Source: Marsupella aquatica (Eukaryota; Plantae; Marchantiophyta). Taken from it: a stretch of 64,000 nucleotides of DNA. How positions within the stretch are numbered: position 1 is the stretch's first letter; each line of letters opens with the position of its first letter. This document shows, one piece after another, positions 11,381-24,149 of the stretch. The DNA lies in NCBI GenBank assembly GCA_973895155.1, contig OZ316894.1, positions 15,306,699-15,370,698 on the forward strand. The letters run 5' to 3'. Under the pieces are notes generated by a model. The model was not told where the DNA came from, did not search any database, and worked only from the letters and a program-made list of their open reading frames with translations. The translations under genes and the position numbers were made by a program.

Positions 11381-13455
11381 TCAAAGCGGTCGCAAGCTGA
11401 GGTTGGAGAAGTTGCAAAGTTGAGGCTGGAGAAGTTGAATCTTGGTTTCTCGGTTTGAGGCTTCATCTAATAGTTTGGTTGCCTCAACCCAATACTGCTC
11501 TATTTTCTTTGCGGTTTCAGCCTGAGCATGCCCTGCTTTCACCGCCACAACCAGCTCTTGGCTGAAGAAATAAACCACCTTGCGGGCCATGAACTCCCCC
11601 ATATCTTGACCAACTTGTTGGAAGAAATTGCCCAACAACCCATTCAAATATGTGCCCAGTCCAAAGAGTTTCGGGTTCACCAGGCTGTGCCCACTTGGGT
11701 TAGGGCAAGGACAGACCTCAACTTAGGCAGAGGCAAGTCTGAGTGGTTACGTCCAGACCCGGGGTGACAAGGACAAGGGGAGATGGGTCTCCCAAAGGGG
11801 AAGGGGAACCCGCTCGGACAGGTGCTTTGGGTACTATGGTTCCTCCGTGATCAAGGCCTCTAGTTTGGGGCCAGCTTCAACCAGATTGACCGTGCTTGCA
11901 TGGGCCTAGTTTTGCGCGTCTAGGGTTGCGATGATTGTTGTGTCTGGTACAAAAGAAGGGGCTCCAGGAATTGTCTATGGAGTTGGGGTGGGGGTGGATA
12001 CCACGGGCACCGGACTCCAGGCTTTGGGTTGGGGCCGCCTCTCCTAAGCCGGAAAGACCCACCTGGCCGGGGTGAGTTGGGGCTTGTTGCACCGAGGAAG
12101 GGTTCGGCGGTCAAAATGGGCGTACCACTCCATGATAATCTTGATGTGGCTTGCTAGGTAAGCCTTCCCCCGAGGTACAAGGTCTTCCTTCGTTTTTCCA
12201 TCTCCTCGTGGAACTTCTTGACAAAGAAAGACGCCCACCTCCTAGGCCGATAGTTCTCAACCTGAATCACCTGGGCAGCAGATATCTCTTCCCGTGGCTC
12301 CATCATGTGGAGCGCATACCTCTGGAACTCCAACCGCTCCACTATCTCTGGAATGAGGCATGTCCGCATGAGGAAGCCGTTGTCCACCAAACCCTTGGGT
12401 GGGAAGGTGGAGGACTGGTACTTGGCTCCCTTTCCCCTTGGCGCCTGCGATTCTACCCGATTTGCTCCCTCAGGTAGGCCGAAGATCAGTTTAAGCCGTG
12501 CTTCATTCAAGGACATCACTCGTCCGTGCGCACGGGTCTGTTGACGGGCCTTGTCAAAGTTTTGGATGAACTTTGTCATGTCTTGCCCATAATACTTGCA
12601 AGTGTTCCAAGGGAGGGCGACGAGGTGCTCAAACCCTTGGGACTTCAGGTACCCTGCATGCTTGGGGTGGAGAATGTTTTTGTGGACATGCTCCCCCATT
12701 TGATGCATGGTTAATTTGGTCATTGCGACGGTGGCCACGGATAAGCTGGATACTGAAGCCGGCTCCTTCCGCTTCCTACCCCAAGATTGGTTCTCGAGGT
12801 GACTCATGGAGGGGGACATCTCCTTGTCTTCTCTATCCGATGGCGGTATTGCTATCACCGTTAGTACTGGTGCCGGGGCTACGACGGTCACCGTGCTATC
12901 TACCATGGCTGCCTCCTAGGTTTGGGATTGCGACGGTGGTGCAACACCTGTTCCGGGTCAATAGGTACTCTGTGGATTGCGGTGAAGGGAAGGGGCCTCC
13001 TCATCCTCTGAGCTAAGGTTGATCACATTCACTACGGATTGCACCCGAGCAGATGGTGTGACCGGTGGGGGAGAGCGGCTTGAGGGTGCCCAAGGTGGCA
13101 TCAGCGATTGCCCCAATGCAGGCAAGTTGGACACGGGTGCTATTGGAGGAGGTGCCATGGGGCCCAGTGTTTTTGCTGGAAAGCCAAGCGATGCTGCAAT
13201 TGATGAAGGTCCGCCCAGGTTTTGTATTATCGTTGAACCGACAGTTCAGGAAGGACTACACCCTGGTCCGAATGTCATCAAAGTGATGACACTATAAGTC
13301 CACCGTGCCAGGGATCTTGAAGACCTCGTCCAAGAGTTGGAGGAGCGCTTCTCCAAAGCCGAGGTACTTTGATCCCTCAAAGAAGAACTCAATGATCTCT
13401 TCATCCCGACAATACTTGCTCTTGAACGGCAGATTAAGGTCGTTGTTGTAGTGAG
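11381..13455 (-). pseudogene. Decayed retroelement accessory ORF (plant transposon protein-like domain plus coiled coil), split by the copia insertion and continuing at about 18047-18200
   Basis: 12154-12906: YLKSQGFEHLVALPW...FIQNF...HGRVMSLNEARLKLIFGLPEG. Coiled-coil fragments at 10768-11680. Minus-strand TATA-like tataaaagg near 18310. Confidence 0.5.
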
Positions 13456-13787
13456 TGTTAAGGATTGCTCTTAGTCTTGTGACTCAAAGGTTACGGCACT
13501 TAGGCTAACCATAGTTAGGGTCTTAGCTGAGGTTAGGTTAGTCGTTTGTGACCTTGTATATACCAGGGCTAATATAAGCTGCTGGTGTGTGGTGCTTACT
13601 CATTGTAATGGAGCAACTTAAGGAAGAGGGAGAGCATGTGTGTTTGTCTACTCTTGAAGTAAATCTTGAGTGTTTGTGTGGACGTAGCCTTAGAGAAGAG
13701 GTGAACCACGTAGAGATTGTGTCGACTACGTGTGCATGGAATGAGTAATGATTGGATCGTTATGAAGGAAGACATCATAGTTCAACA
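13456..13787 (+). repeat. 5' LTR of the copia
   Basis: tgttaaggattg...agttcaaca; similar to but diverged from 17710-18041. Confidence 0.95.
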
Positions 13788-15513
13788 ATTGGTATCAGAG
13801 CAAGCCTAGGAGGTGACGTTGAGGTGATCAAAATTTTGTGACGTGTTGGTGACAATTTTTCCAACAGTTAGAGTTAGTGGATTTCACGGGGTTTCATTGC
13901 ATGGAACTTGGAGGTGTTGGGCTCAACGGATAGATCGGGACAAGGACTATCTAACGGTGTGAAGAAATCAATGATCGGACTTTGTGGTGTGGATGAATTG
14001 AAGTTCTCGTCATTCTGGAATTTTTTGTGAAAAGAGAGTTGTGTTTGACGGTTTCTTTGACAGAGGAGGGACTTGAGATCATTTTTTTGACGGTGTGAGC
14101 TTTGCGGTGCATTAGATGTTGCATTCTATAGCTCAAATTATAGATCGGAGGAAGCTGGTCGTTTTGGTATCTAGTTTGTTGCCAAGGGTGAACCGAGTGC
14201 GACACAACGAGCAAAAGAGATATTTCTGAATTTTTTCATGGCTATGGAGACATAGCCTTGGCTGAAGTGGGTTTCTCGACGTCACACTTGGCTCTGGGGG
14301 AGAAACGTGAAGTGCAACAGCTCAACGGAAAGATCACGGTGTGGTGGTCATTTTGAGTATGAGATTGGCACTTGACGCAGAGTGAAGGTGTCGTGACGGG
14401 AAGTCTTTTACTCTGCAAGAGTTGCAGACAACGCTAGTGAAAGTTGGCAACTTTTTCCCGTTGGTGATGTTCACTTTACTTGTTTGAAATAGCGGCTGTT
14501 AAGGTATGTAATCGACACATTTTTCTTGGCATCATTTTTTGCTTTAAAGGGGTGCATTTTGGTGTGTATACACACCTCGGTGTGTGCACACACACCCCCC
14601 CCCAAACGCTATTTTTTGGAGTTGCCAGCTACCTCGCAAAGCGCCGGCCGACACTCCTCGCCCCGCCCCTCCCCATGCCAGCCCCTTTGTGCCGGCCATT
14701 CATCCCCGACGACCCCTACGCAAGCCCGTAACACCCCGCCCTTGCTTGGTCGCTACTCCCCGCCCCTCCATGCGTGTCTTGCCCTCCAATGACTCCCGCG
14801 CGTACACTGTCTGGCCTCGACCCCGCGCGTACACTGCCTGGCCCGACTTGCGTCACCTATACACGGATGCGCCTTTTTCAAGATCGTATTTTTTGTGTTA
14901 AGGGGCTTAAACCCCCCTTTAGGCCCGTTTTTTAATTTCTTTCCCGGCTCCTCATTGGTTGTGCCGCCTCCCGGGCCCGGTGACCCGCCAATTTAACCGC
15001 TTAGACAGGGGGAACGGCCTCCTGTGCGCCCTGATGTACTGTGCGGAGAATATTCCAAAAAAATAGAGGGCTATTTTTTGGCCTTTAGTCAAAGATTATG
15101 AGGACCGAACGGTAATTTTTTTGGATCTTTTTTGGCGAGGACGTAGCCACTGAAGCTAGCAATGTGGTGCACTAATTGATTTGCATTTCCAACAATGGGT
15201 GGTACTTGGCATTTTTGTTATTCCCTAAGGTGGTCAAAACGGGGGAGAATTTTGGAGTTTTATCCACCCCGACCAAAATGTGAAAAAGTTTTTGTCAAAA
15301 CTCAGTTTTGATTATGGATTTCAGCGTTGTCTTGCTAGGCTGGTGGGCTACGTTGTGGTGATAAGTTTCAAGTTTTTTGGGAAGTTGCAAAAATCAACAT
15401 TTTTTTGTGACTTGGAGTTGAGTAAATGGGACGGAAGAAACAAAAAAGTGACAAAAGGAGATAGGTAGCAGCGCAGCAATAGCACGTACCTGGAGAACGT
15501 CGGGAGCATAGAG

Positions 15514-17500
15514 ATGGCATCCAAGTTTGGAGGTGTCAAGTTTGAGGTGGAGAAGTATGATGGGCGCACAGATTACTTGCTATGGGAGAAGCAGGTCAAG
15601 GGAATTTTTCGTGCTATGGGCCTAGATCATCTACTCGGAAGGAGTCTAGCAGTGAGGAGGAGATCCCGTTGAGGAAATGGAGGCAGGAGCAATTGATTGT
15701 TGTTAATGCGGTGATGCTATATGTAAAGCCGCACATCATCAAGAAGCTGGATGACTACAAGGATTGTGTATCCTTGTTCAAGGCCCTAAGAGAGAAGTAC
15801 TATCGCGAGGATGCCTCAGATCGGTTGTACAAGAAGTCTCTCTTGATGAGCTTGAGGCTCAAAAAAGGAGGCAAGCTTCGAGATCATTTTGATGAATTTG
15901 ACAACTTAGCTATGGATTTATCAAATCTTGGCAAGGGAGTGGAAGATGAAGATAAGGCATTGCTTCTTCTCAGCTCATTACCCCCATCGTATCAAGGTTT
16001 GTAGCAGGTTCTCTTGTATAGAGACCTCAAAACCATTTCATATGATGAGGTGGTAAGCTTTTTGCTGTCAGATGATGCACAAAAGAAATTGGGTCATGCC
16101 CAGACTCCATCTTCATTCGGCATTGCGTTGAATGTGAACCGTGGGAGGACTCAACAACGGATGATTGGAGAAAATAGGTCTTCTCACCAGTTGCCAAGTA
16201 TTCCACGATACAAATTTTGTGTCAACTTGTTGTGTTTTTTGATCTGGTGTTAGATCAAATGAATGTTGTTATTTCTTTTCTCTACGGCACCTTGGAGGAA
16301 GAAATTTTCATGAGGCAACCACTGGGCTTTGTGAAGAAAGGCCAAGAGAGTTTAGTTTGTAGGTTGCTTAAGTCCCTGTATGAATTGAAGCAAGCTCCTC
16401 GACAATGGAACAAGCGGTTTGATGATTTCATGCTTGCACAAGGATTCACTAGAATGGTGTATGACCCTTGTGTGTATACAAAATCAGTCAATAATGGTGT
16501 ATTTGGTTTACTCATTCTGGTGCTCTATGTGGATGACATGTTGATTGTGGCCAAGGATCAATCTAAGGTTGACAAACTCAAAGCAAAACTGAGTTCTGAA
16601 TTCCAAATGAAGGATCTTGAGAAAACCAAAAGGATCTTAGGTATGGAGATTACAAGGAACTTTGAGATTGGACAGTTGTGGCTGAATCAAGGCAAGTATG
16701 CTAAAAAGGTACTTGCAAGATTCAACATGGAGAATTGTAAGCTAGTAAGTATTTCTTTGGCTCCACATTTTAAGTTATCGTCGGCTTTCTGCCCCACGGA
16801 TCCAATGGAGAAAGGCTTGATGACTGAGGTTCCTTATAAGAAGGTAGTGGGCACTCTAATGTATTTGATGATGTGTACAGGCCTGATCTAGCCCTAGCAA
16901 TGGGCAAAGTGAGTAGATTCATGTCAAATCCAAGGAAAGTACACTAGGAGGTTGTGAAGTGGATTCTCAGGTATCTTAAGGGCACAATAGACTATGGTCT
17001 ATTGTTTGAAAGTAGATTAAACAAAACCAAATCTTTGGTTGGCTATGTAGATTTTGACTACGGAGGCTGTTTGGAAATAAGGAGGTCAACGACTAGGTAT
17101 GTGTTTACTCTTGGAGGAGGATGCATAAGTTTGGAGATCTACCTTGCAGAAGTGTGTATCTTAGTCTACTACAAAAGTAGAATATGTTGCAGCAGCAAAG
17201 GAAGCAATTTGGTTAGATAAGCTGGTCACTGAGATGAGATTGGAGCATGGAAAAATGGCTCTTCATTATGACAGCCAGAGTGCACTTCACCTAGCTGTTA
17301 ACCAAGTTATGGATAGCAGGGTGAAACACATTGACATCAGATACCATTTTATTAGGCAAGCAGTGTCTGATAAAATGTTTGAGCTAGTCAAGATTGACGG
17401 AAATCTCAACCCGGCTGATGCTTTTACAAAAGTGATTCCTTTGGAGAGTTACTCAAGACATCGTGCTACTATGCAAGTTTTGCATTTGCAGCACAAGTAG
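15514..17500 (+). pseudogene. Copia gag fused directly to RT-RNase H (protease and integrase deleted)
   Basis: MASKFGGVKFEVEKYDG...; LLLSSLPPSY; junction near 16170 into FSPVAKYSTI; LYELKQAPRQW, LYVDDML, RRSTT, KHIDIRYHFIR. Several stops and frameshifts. Confidence 0.92.
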
Positions 17501-17709
17501 AGTAACTTAACAAATGAATATGTAATTTCTGTATATGGGTTACTCAATCCTGTTATGGCTACGGCTTAATTCTAGTTAATACTTAGTTAACCTTAAATGG
17601 TTTTTAGGGGGACACCTATGATTTTAGGTGATTGTCTAGAATTTCCCACTGAGTATCCCATATGGATAGCAGAAATTGCAGTCCCCAAGACTAGAGTCAA
17701 GGGGAAGTT

Positions 17710-18041
17710 TGTTAAAGATTGCTCTTAGTCTTGTGACTCAAAAGTTATGGCACTTAGGCTAACCATAGTTAGGGTCTTAGCTGAGGTTAGGTTAGTCGTG
17801 TGTGACCTTGTATATACCAGGGCTAGTGTAAGCCGCTGGTGTGTGGTGCTTACTCATTGTAACGGAAAAACTTAAGGAAGAGGGAGAGCATGTGTGTTCG
17901 TCTACTCTTGAAGTAAATCTTGAGTGTTCGTGTGGACGTAGCCTTAGAGAAGAGATGAACCACGTAGAGATTGTGTCGACTACGTGTGCATGAAATGAGT
18001 AATGATTGGATCGTCATGAAAGAAGACATCATAGTTCAACA
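17710..18041 (+). repeat. 3' LTR of the copia
   Basis: tgttaaagattg...agttcaaca followed by TSD gtgag. Confidence 0.95.
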
Positions 18042-18659
18042 GTGAGAATGCCCATTCAAACGGATAAGCCGTATGTAATGCCTTTTGGCTTCGTACTTGC
18101 GTGGGTTGTGCTCGGCAAGTAAGGTTGCAAGATGGTTACCAATGCCTAAAAATTGGTACCAAAAGCAAATAGCAGAACTGGACATAATCATGATAGACAT
18201 ATGGCAAGGTGTCGAGGGCTAGCTGAATTACTAAGTGTGCAAAGGAGTGAGCTCAGAGCTTGCGCAAGGAGAGATTCAAGAGAGGGAAGAGAGGGCAGGG
18301 CTTGCCTTTTATACCTTTGTTGCTAGTCAAACAATCGGCTCCCTCTGTCTATGATAGGCCAAGCCTATTATGCTCAAGGCTTCTTGATCACTCCTCCAGT
18401 CTGGGTCAGAGCATGGCAAAGATTCGATTATGGCGCTGTTATACAAGCCCGAGGTTGATCGCCATAACATGCCCCCAATCTGTCGGTACGTTAGGTGCCG
18501 CGTCGCCAACCTGAGCGTGTACTCCCATTATTACTAAACCCGTTCTAAACATCATGACTAGCTAAGATTGTGTCGTTATGCTAATAACTACGGATTCCTA
18601 CGTCTACTTCTGACATGCATAACATGGATTAAGCCATATTACTTATTACCAGCCGTGCT

Positions 18660-18868
18660 GGCGGCGTCACAGGGACGAGGGATGCAATCTCCCCTCCAGC
18701 GGCCCAAAGCTCCTCAAACATGACCCGACAAGATACAGAGTTGAATGCATTAGCCACATCCACCTGAATAACTGCCCAGTTGAGGTGGATATCCAAGATG
18801 GCACAAAGGCCATGCACCGCACTCTTGCAATCGCCAGGGGTGGCCACAACAAACTGTGTACTAAGCAC
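18660..18868 (-). mobile_element. Non-LTR retrotransposon RT fragment, CRE/Zepp-like
   Basis: QFVVATPGDCKSAVHGL...WAVIQVDVANAFNSVS resembles the QFGVG.PGG.E...D..NAFNSV RT motif of early-branching LINEs. Confidence 0.65.
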
Positions 18869-20329
18869 ACTTCAAATGAGCCAAATGGTGAAATTTTTGT
18901 GTTGACTCATTGTGCATTCAGGTTTTACGTATCCCCATGGGAAGTTCTTTCTTTCTGGATGCACGTGCAGTCCATCAACATGATTTGTCACAAACAAGAA
19001 TAGTTAGTTATGCAAGAACCAAATTTAATTGTTCATGTTTGAGACAAGAGATAGAAATGTAAATATAAAAACAATGGAAAACTGAAAAGTAGAAAATGAT
19101 GCTCCCATGGACGGTAGACAAAAACCATACAATTGGGATGGACTAATTGAGAATATTCCCTATCACATTGTGAGTACAATGTAGTCCATCTAAGTTGCAA
19201 AAATCCATGGGAGCATTTTGACAAACCTAGAGGTCTATCCTAGCTTCATTTTGTTGAAAAGTAACATTTCAAGTAAACAAAGAAAATAATAAAATAAGGA
19301 TGAAAGAAAATAATCTTTGAATGAGTTCTGATTGATATATCAATGTTTTTTGGTAATCAGTTTCACTTTTTTATTTAATTTACACATTTTTGAAATAATG
19401 ATAAGTAGAAGAAACTCTTCAACTACTCTAACATTTATCAAGGTAACATAAGAAACCCAAGAAACTTTTCAGTTCCTGTTACATTCACTAAGGTAACTTT
19501 AGAAACCCTTTGGGTCCTATGGATGGAGGAGTAACAAGCAAAGGTAAGAAACACCATGACTACTATATGGGTAGAGGAATACCAATGGACTGTAAGACCT
19601 TTCAACTACTATGGACAAAGTAATATTTTGCATGAACTATATGAAATGTTACATGTATTGTATAGACATAGAGGTCATGAAGGGAAACGTTTTGCATGGA
19701 AAATTACCCGTGCTATTACCAAGAATGTACTCCTATTTCAATTGTCTTCAATGCAAATTACCCTAAGTAACTTAAAAATTCACTTCATTTTGAATCCTCC
19801 CTTTAATCTTTGTCCTCTTAATATTCTATCTATTCCAATGTGCAATTCTTCATGGCTCCAAACAGTTCAATAAAACAAGTTTACATAACCAACGGTCCTC
19901 AAACTAATTTTGGTTTTCCAATCTTCACTTGTCATGAATTTATTTTGGGGGAGTTTGTGCGCAAATTGTTTTTTGAGAATTCAAGCATACTGCCATTAGG
20001 GACTCTGTTAGGTAGTGCAAAATGTGACAAAGACCACTCAATTATATATTTTGTGGAGTCTCCTAGCCTAAGATATGTCATGGAAAGTTGGCTTCTAATT
20101 AAGCCTATTAATACTCTTAATCTTTATTTCCTTGCATGGAATGGATTTCTTATAAATGAATTTTTAATCCACAACAAACCCCACGGGCAGGGCAAACAAG
20201 CAGCCCAAAGGCCAGAGACAACCATCCCGGCCTTCAGAAAGGGGTCTGGAGATAGCAGGAGCATAGGCGATGTCAACCTAACCAGGCAAACCGGGTCACC
20301 AAAAGAGAGACCGCCAAAAACTGCTATCC

Positions 20330-21200
20330 CCCTTTACCAATCCCCCTTTACCGGGCCTGAGCCCAATCACAAATCAAAGCACCAATAGAAGAGAGGGTGC
20401 AACAGCCAGCCACTCAATATACCCCCACAAGCCCACAAGGGGTAACCGTCTAGCACAAAGGGAGCGTGGGATCACAAGAGAAAGGGGCATCAAGTCATTT
20501 CCTGCTCCCCAACAATGGATCACACGTCGTCGCTGCTGAGCGAGATCCTCCGTAGCCCATCAATCCTTGCTTTTGCTCCTAGCAGACAAATGTTCTTCCA
20601 GCGTGGGGTTGAACATTGGCTGACAGCATACAAGTTCTCTGTTGTCTCAAAGAGCACAAGGCTTAAATCACAAGAGCGTCTACAACTAGTATGTTGTGTT
20701 TCTTCCTAACCACAAACCCTAAAACCTAAATCTGGTGTAAGACAAATAGTTTGGCATACTAGGTAGCGTCCAATAGCGCCATCAACCCCTGCTTGATTGG
20801 CAGACCCAGCTCAGCTCCCTCAAATAGCATTGGAATACCCTCCAGCATCAACATCATGTGCACAAAGGGAGAAAGCACAAGGAGTGGTCTCCATCATCCC
20901 AATAAACAATTTACAATCACCTTTGCTAACTCCTATTCTAAGAGCTCTAATACTAGTGAAAAGGCCATCTACTATGATCCGCCAGAGAAAGGTTTTGCTT
21001 CTCACAGCCCACATTCCAGTTCAATTCTGGCCTGGATAGAGACCAAGTCCGATTCAGGCTACTGTGGTCTGAAGTTTTAGGTCTCAAGAATTCTTATACG
21101 CTGCAGTTCTTGATTTTGAAGTCCTTCAGCTGCTTAGCTTTATCAGCCCACCTCCATTGTTTGGCGTAGCTCAGGTAATATTCAGCTCTACAATTGTTGG
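20330..21200 (-). mobile_element. L1-like LINE ORF2 3' remnant (zf-RVT region)
   Basis: RSKTFLWRIIVDGLFTSIRALRIGVSKGDC...ETTPCAF resembles the plant L1 zf-RVT region; heavily decayed. Confidence 0.55.
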
Positions 21201-22923
21201 TGCCCCACAGGAGCTTAGGAAGGCCCAAGGGGTGAGTGTGTGACTAATCTTGTCGGGTGAGTGCGGAGCCAGGCTCCATTGTAGTGCACAACTTACCGCC
21301 ATTGGGCTTGCTAGTTTAGAAGAAGTCAAGTCAACTGTACAAATGTATATAACGGATTTTGAGGTAAAGTCTTTTCCCCATCATTTCCTTTGTGTAAATC
21401 GAGATTGAATGTTGTGAAGTATCGCGGTCGTCAGTCCCGTATGTGTGCCGATACGCTTGGCCCCGGGGCTTGGCCAAACGCATTATGTGGGTTGTGCACG
21501 GGGTGCAACTGCAGATAGTGGTTGCGAGCCTGGGTTGAGAGCCGCATCAACGGATCTGGGTTGGGATCCGGATCAGAGGCGATGTCACACGAATGACATG
21601 GGTCTGAACACCAAAAACGTCACTATTGGTGCCAAAACCATCTTGTACCTGAGGATCACAAAGGGATGTTGTGAAGGCCGGTAAGCACCAGTTTATGCCT
21701 TTAACACTAGACTATCATAGCAAGGCTCTGTCACACATTACCCAAGCTCAATCCCTAGGAACCAAGGTTGGGAATCAGATCCTCTGCTCATGATAGTTTT
21801 GGTGAGAAGGGGTCTTTATATTGGGCCTGTACATACAGGGCCTAGCGCTATAATGCGCATATGTCTATACGTATGCTTACTGTCATAGGTATATTTCTAT
21901 TCCACCGCCGGAATGTACCCATAAACCAGTGACTCTTGACTGATTCCCGACTTAGGGACTTCTAAGCCATTGCCCCACCACTTTGCCATTCCACTCTCAG
22001 CAATCAGAGCTGTGACAATCCTCACCCAACCCACTTCAATGCACCCGGTACACCTCTCAATGGCCCACTCAGTGGCGCTGCTAGCCCCATCATACACTCA
22101 GATTGCCTCACACACACACACATCCATGAGAGAAATGAGGCCTGAGAGGAAAACTCCATTAGATTCAAAGATGTGCACAATAGTTCACTGAGAACACTTG
22201 ATCCAAACAATAGGCCCAAAGGCTGTCTACTCTAGATTGCGATGTGCTTGCCTTGCAAGCCCGTTGTCTGGGGGAAAAATGTGGTTCTTGAGGAAGCACC
22301 GGGCCTATGGCTGCTAGTGTCAAGAGAGAACTTAAGTTAAGATCATGATTACTATTCTAGACTCGGTAGCAGACACCACAAGGAACGGTTCCGTGGATGA
22401 AAGCACAACATCATAACCCTTTTCTCCATACCTACGGACTATTGCCTCGTTGGCAGCTACCTTGGGTCGAGTTACAAAATGAATATCTCCCAACGAGAAA
22501 GAAACGGGAGGCTCATCGGAGGGAGGTTTGTTGAGATCCATCTCAATACAAGATAAAAATTGTGCAAGCCCAATCCTGCCCGTAAACTACATAAGGGTAT
22601 ACAATTGGCTCTATTGAATTTAATACCGCAGTTGCAAATGCTTCTCCAAAGTGAAAAGTCATATGCTGACGCATTATCTCTTTTTGGAGTACATGAATTC
22701 TAATAAGGAAAGGATTAGGGAGAGGAAGAATAGGTACTGGTCTGGGCATTATCGTACTATCAAATATTCCATCCAACTAATTTTCATTCTAATGACAAGA
22801 GATAGAATCATTCAACAAAAAGATCATCTATTTCAAACAAATATCATGCATTGAGTTAACTCTAAGTATATACATGCAGATGTTTATCTTAATAGGTTGA
22901 TCTTCTTTTGAATGAAAATACTA

Positions 22924-23186
22924 TCTGAAGGTCCAACTCATACAAAATACCTCTGGCCGAGCCGAAGCTCTAAGCAAGAGTGCATGAGTGGGTCTACTTC
23001 ATAAGGATTTCACCCAAAAGGGAGCATATGATGTCAAGGCATTGTTGAGCACTTTCCAACTCTTTAGAACTTAATAACCATCTCCTATCAAATGACAACA
23101 CTTTCTGAAGGTCCGACTCATACAAAATATCCCTGGCCGAGCCGAAGCTCTAAGCAAGAGTGCATGAGTGGGTCTACTTTATAAGG
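22924..23186. repeat. Two ~83-bp direct repeats spaced 180 bp apart
   Basis: tctgaaggtcc(a/g)actcatacaaaat...gagccgaagctctaagcaagagtgcatgagtgggtctactt at 22924 and 23104. Confidence 0.85.
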
Positions 23187-23404
23187 GTTATATTCATAGA
23201 AGAGATCATCAAGTCCAATGGATTTTTAAGACTTCACAACCTAGTTGATGAAAAATGGGGAGTGAGGGGAGAGAGCCCCTCTCCTCTTTATTTATAGTGC
23301 TCACACTTCAAACACACAGATCAAGCATGGCACACGGATGGAAGCCATGTGTCACACATCCAAGGCAAGTAAGTGTGCTAGTACTGTAGTTACGTGAGTG
23401 GAGC

Positions 23405-23655
23405 AACTGTAGACAGTACACTGTAGTATGCACACTGTAGATCGTACACTATAGCATGCATACTGTAGATCATACACTGTAACATGCACACTGTAGATCG
23501 TACACTGTAGCATGCACACTGTAGATCGTACACTGTAGGTCTTGCACTGTAGCATGCACACTGTAGATCGAACAATATAGCATGCATACTGTAGACCGTG
23601 TACTGTAGCATGCACACTGTAGGTTGTGCACTGTAGCATGCACACTATAGACTGC
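23405..23655. repeat. Minisatellite, 14/28-bp unit cacactgtagatcgtacactgtagcatg
   Basis: Directly visible tandem array. Confidence 0.9.
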
Positions 23656-23739
23656 ATATGCGAGAATTTAAACTACTATCCTATACTACTAAGCTATACT
23701 TAGGAGAAACTTACTAAACAAAGAATCCCCACGACATAT

Positions 23740-23900
23740 CACCCCTACTAAACCTGTGCAGCCTCCGGTCTGCACCACACTTTAATAGTCACCCCTACTA
23801 ATTTTGTGCATCTTGTAGTCTGCACCACACTTAATAGTCACCTCTACTAATCTTGTGCATCTTGTAGTCTGCACCACACTTAATAGTCACCCCTACTAAT
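23740..23900. repeat. Tandem repeat, ~49-50 bp, three full copies plus a partial
   Basis: cacc(c/t)ctactaa...tgtgca...gtctgcaccacacttaatagt units start at 23740, 23790, 23839 and 23888. Confidence 0.88.
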
Positions 23901-24149
23901 CTTTTACTTTACTCAATGAATATTTCTTCCTCTTGCTTTTCAGGTTCTTCATCTTCTTCTTCTTCTTCCTCTTCTTGGTCTGAATCGATGGGATCTTCCT
24001 CTAAAAAACGTGTTCGCCTTTTGAATATTTTCACTCTCTTTCCTGCATAAGGTACACGATGAATTGCTCCATCCAATTCACGCTGAGTTGCTGCTGAATT
24101 GATACCGAGTGCGTCATGACAAGAGAAGGAGGAGTTCAGGTTTTTCACA

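Larger units (their letters stand above)
13456..18041 (+). mobile_element. Ty1/copia (Tnt1/Tork-like) LTR retrotransposon, internally deleted, non-autonomous
   Basis: 332-bp LTRs at 13456-13787 and 17710-18041 (TG..CA); 5-bp TSD GTGAG on both sides; PBS tggtatcagagc (tRNA-iMet) at 13790; PPT aaggggaag near 17699. Confidence 0.96.

Noticed and set aside
21410-22330. Possible solo LTR (tgttgtgaag at 21410 and 21668)
   Set aside because: No matching end or TSD could be established.
23352-23657. ORFs with repeated STVCMLQC peptides
   Set aside because: Translation of the 14/28-bp minisatellite, not a gene.
23405-23900. Possible CRISPR-like arrays
   Set aside because: Units are contiguous tandem repeats with no unique spacers, there are no cas genes, and the context is eukaryotic.
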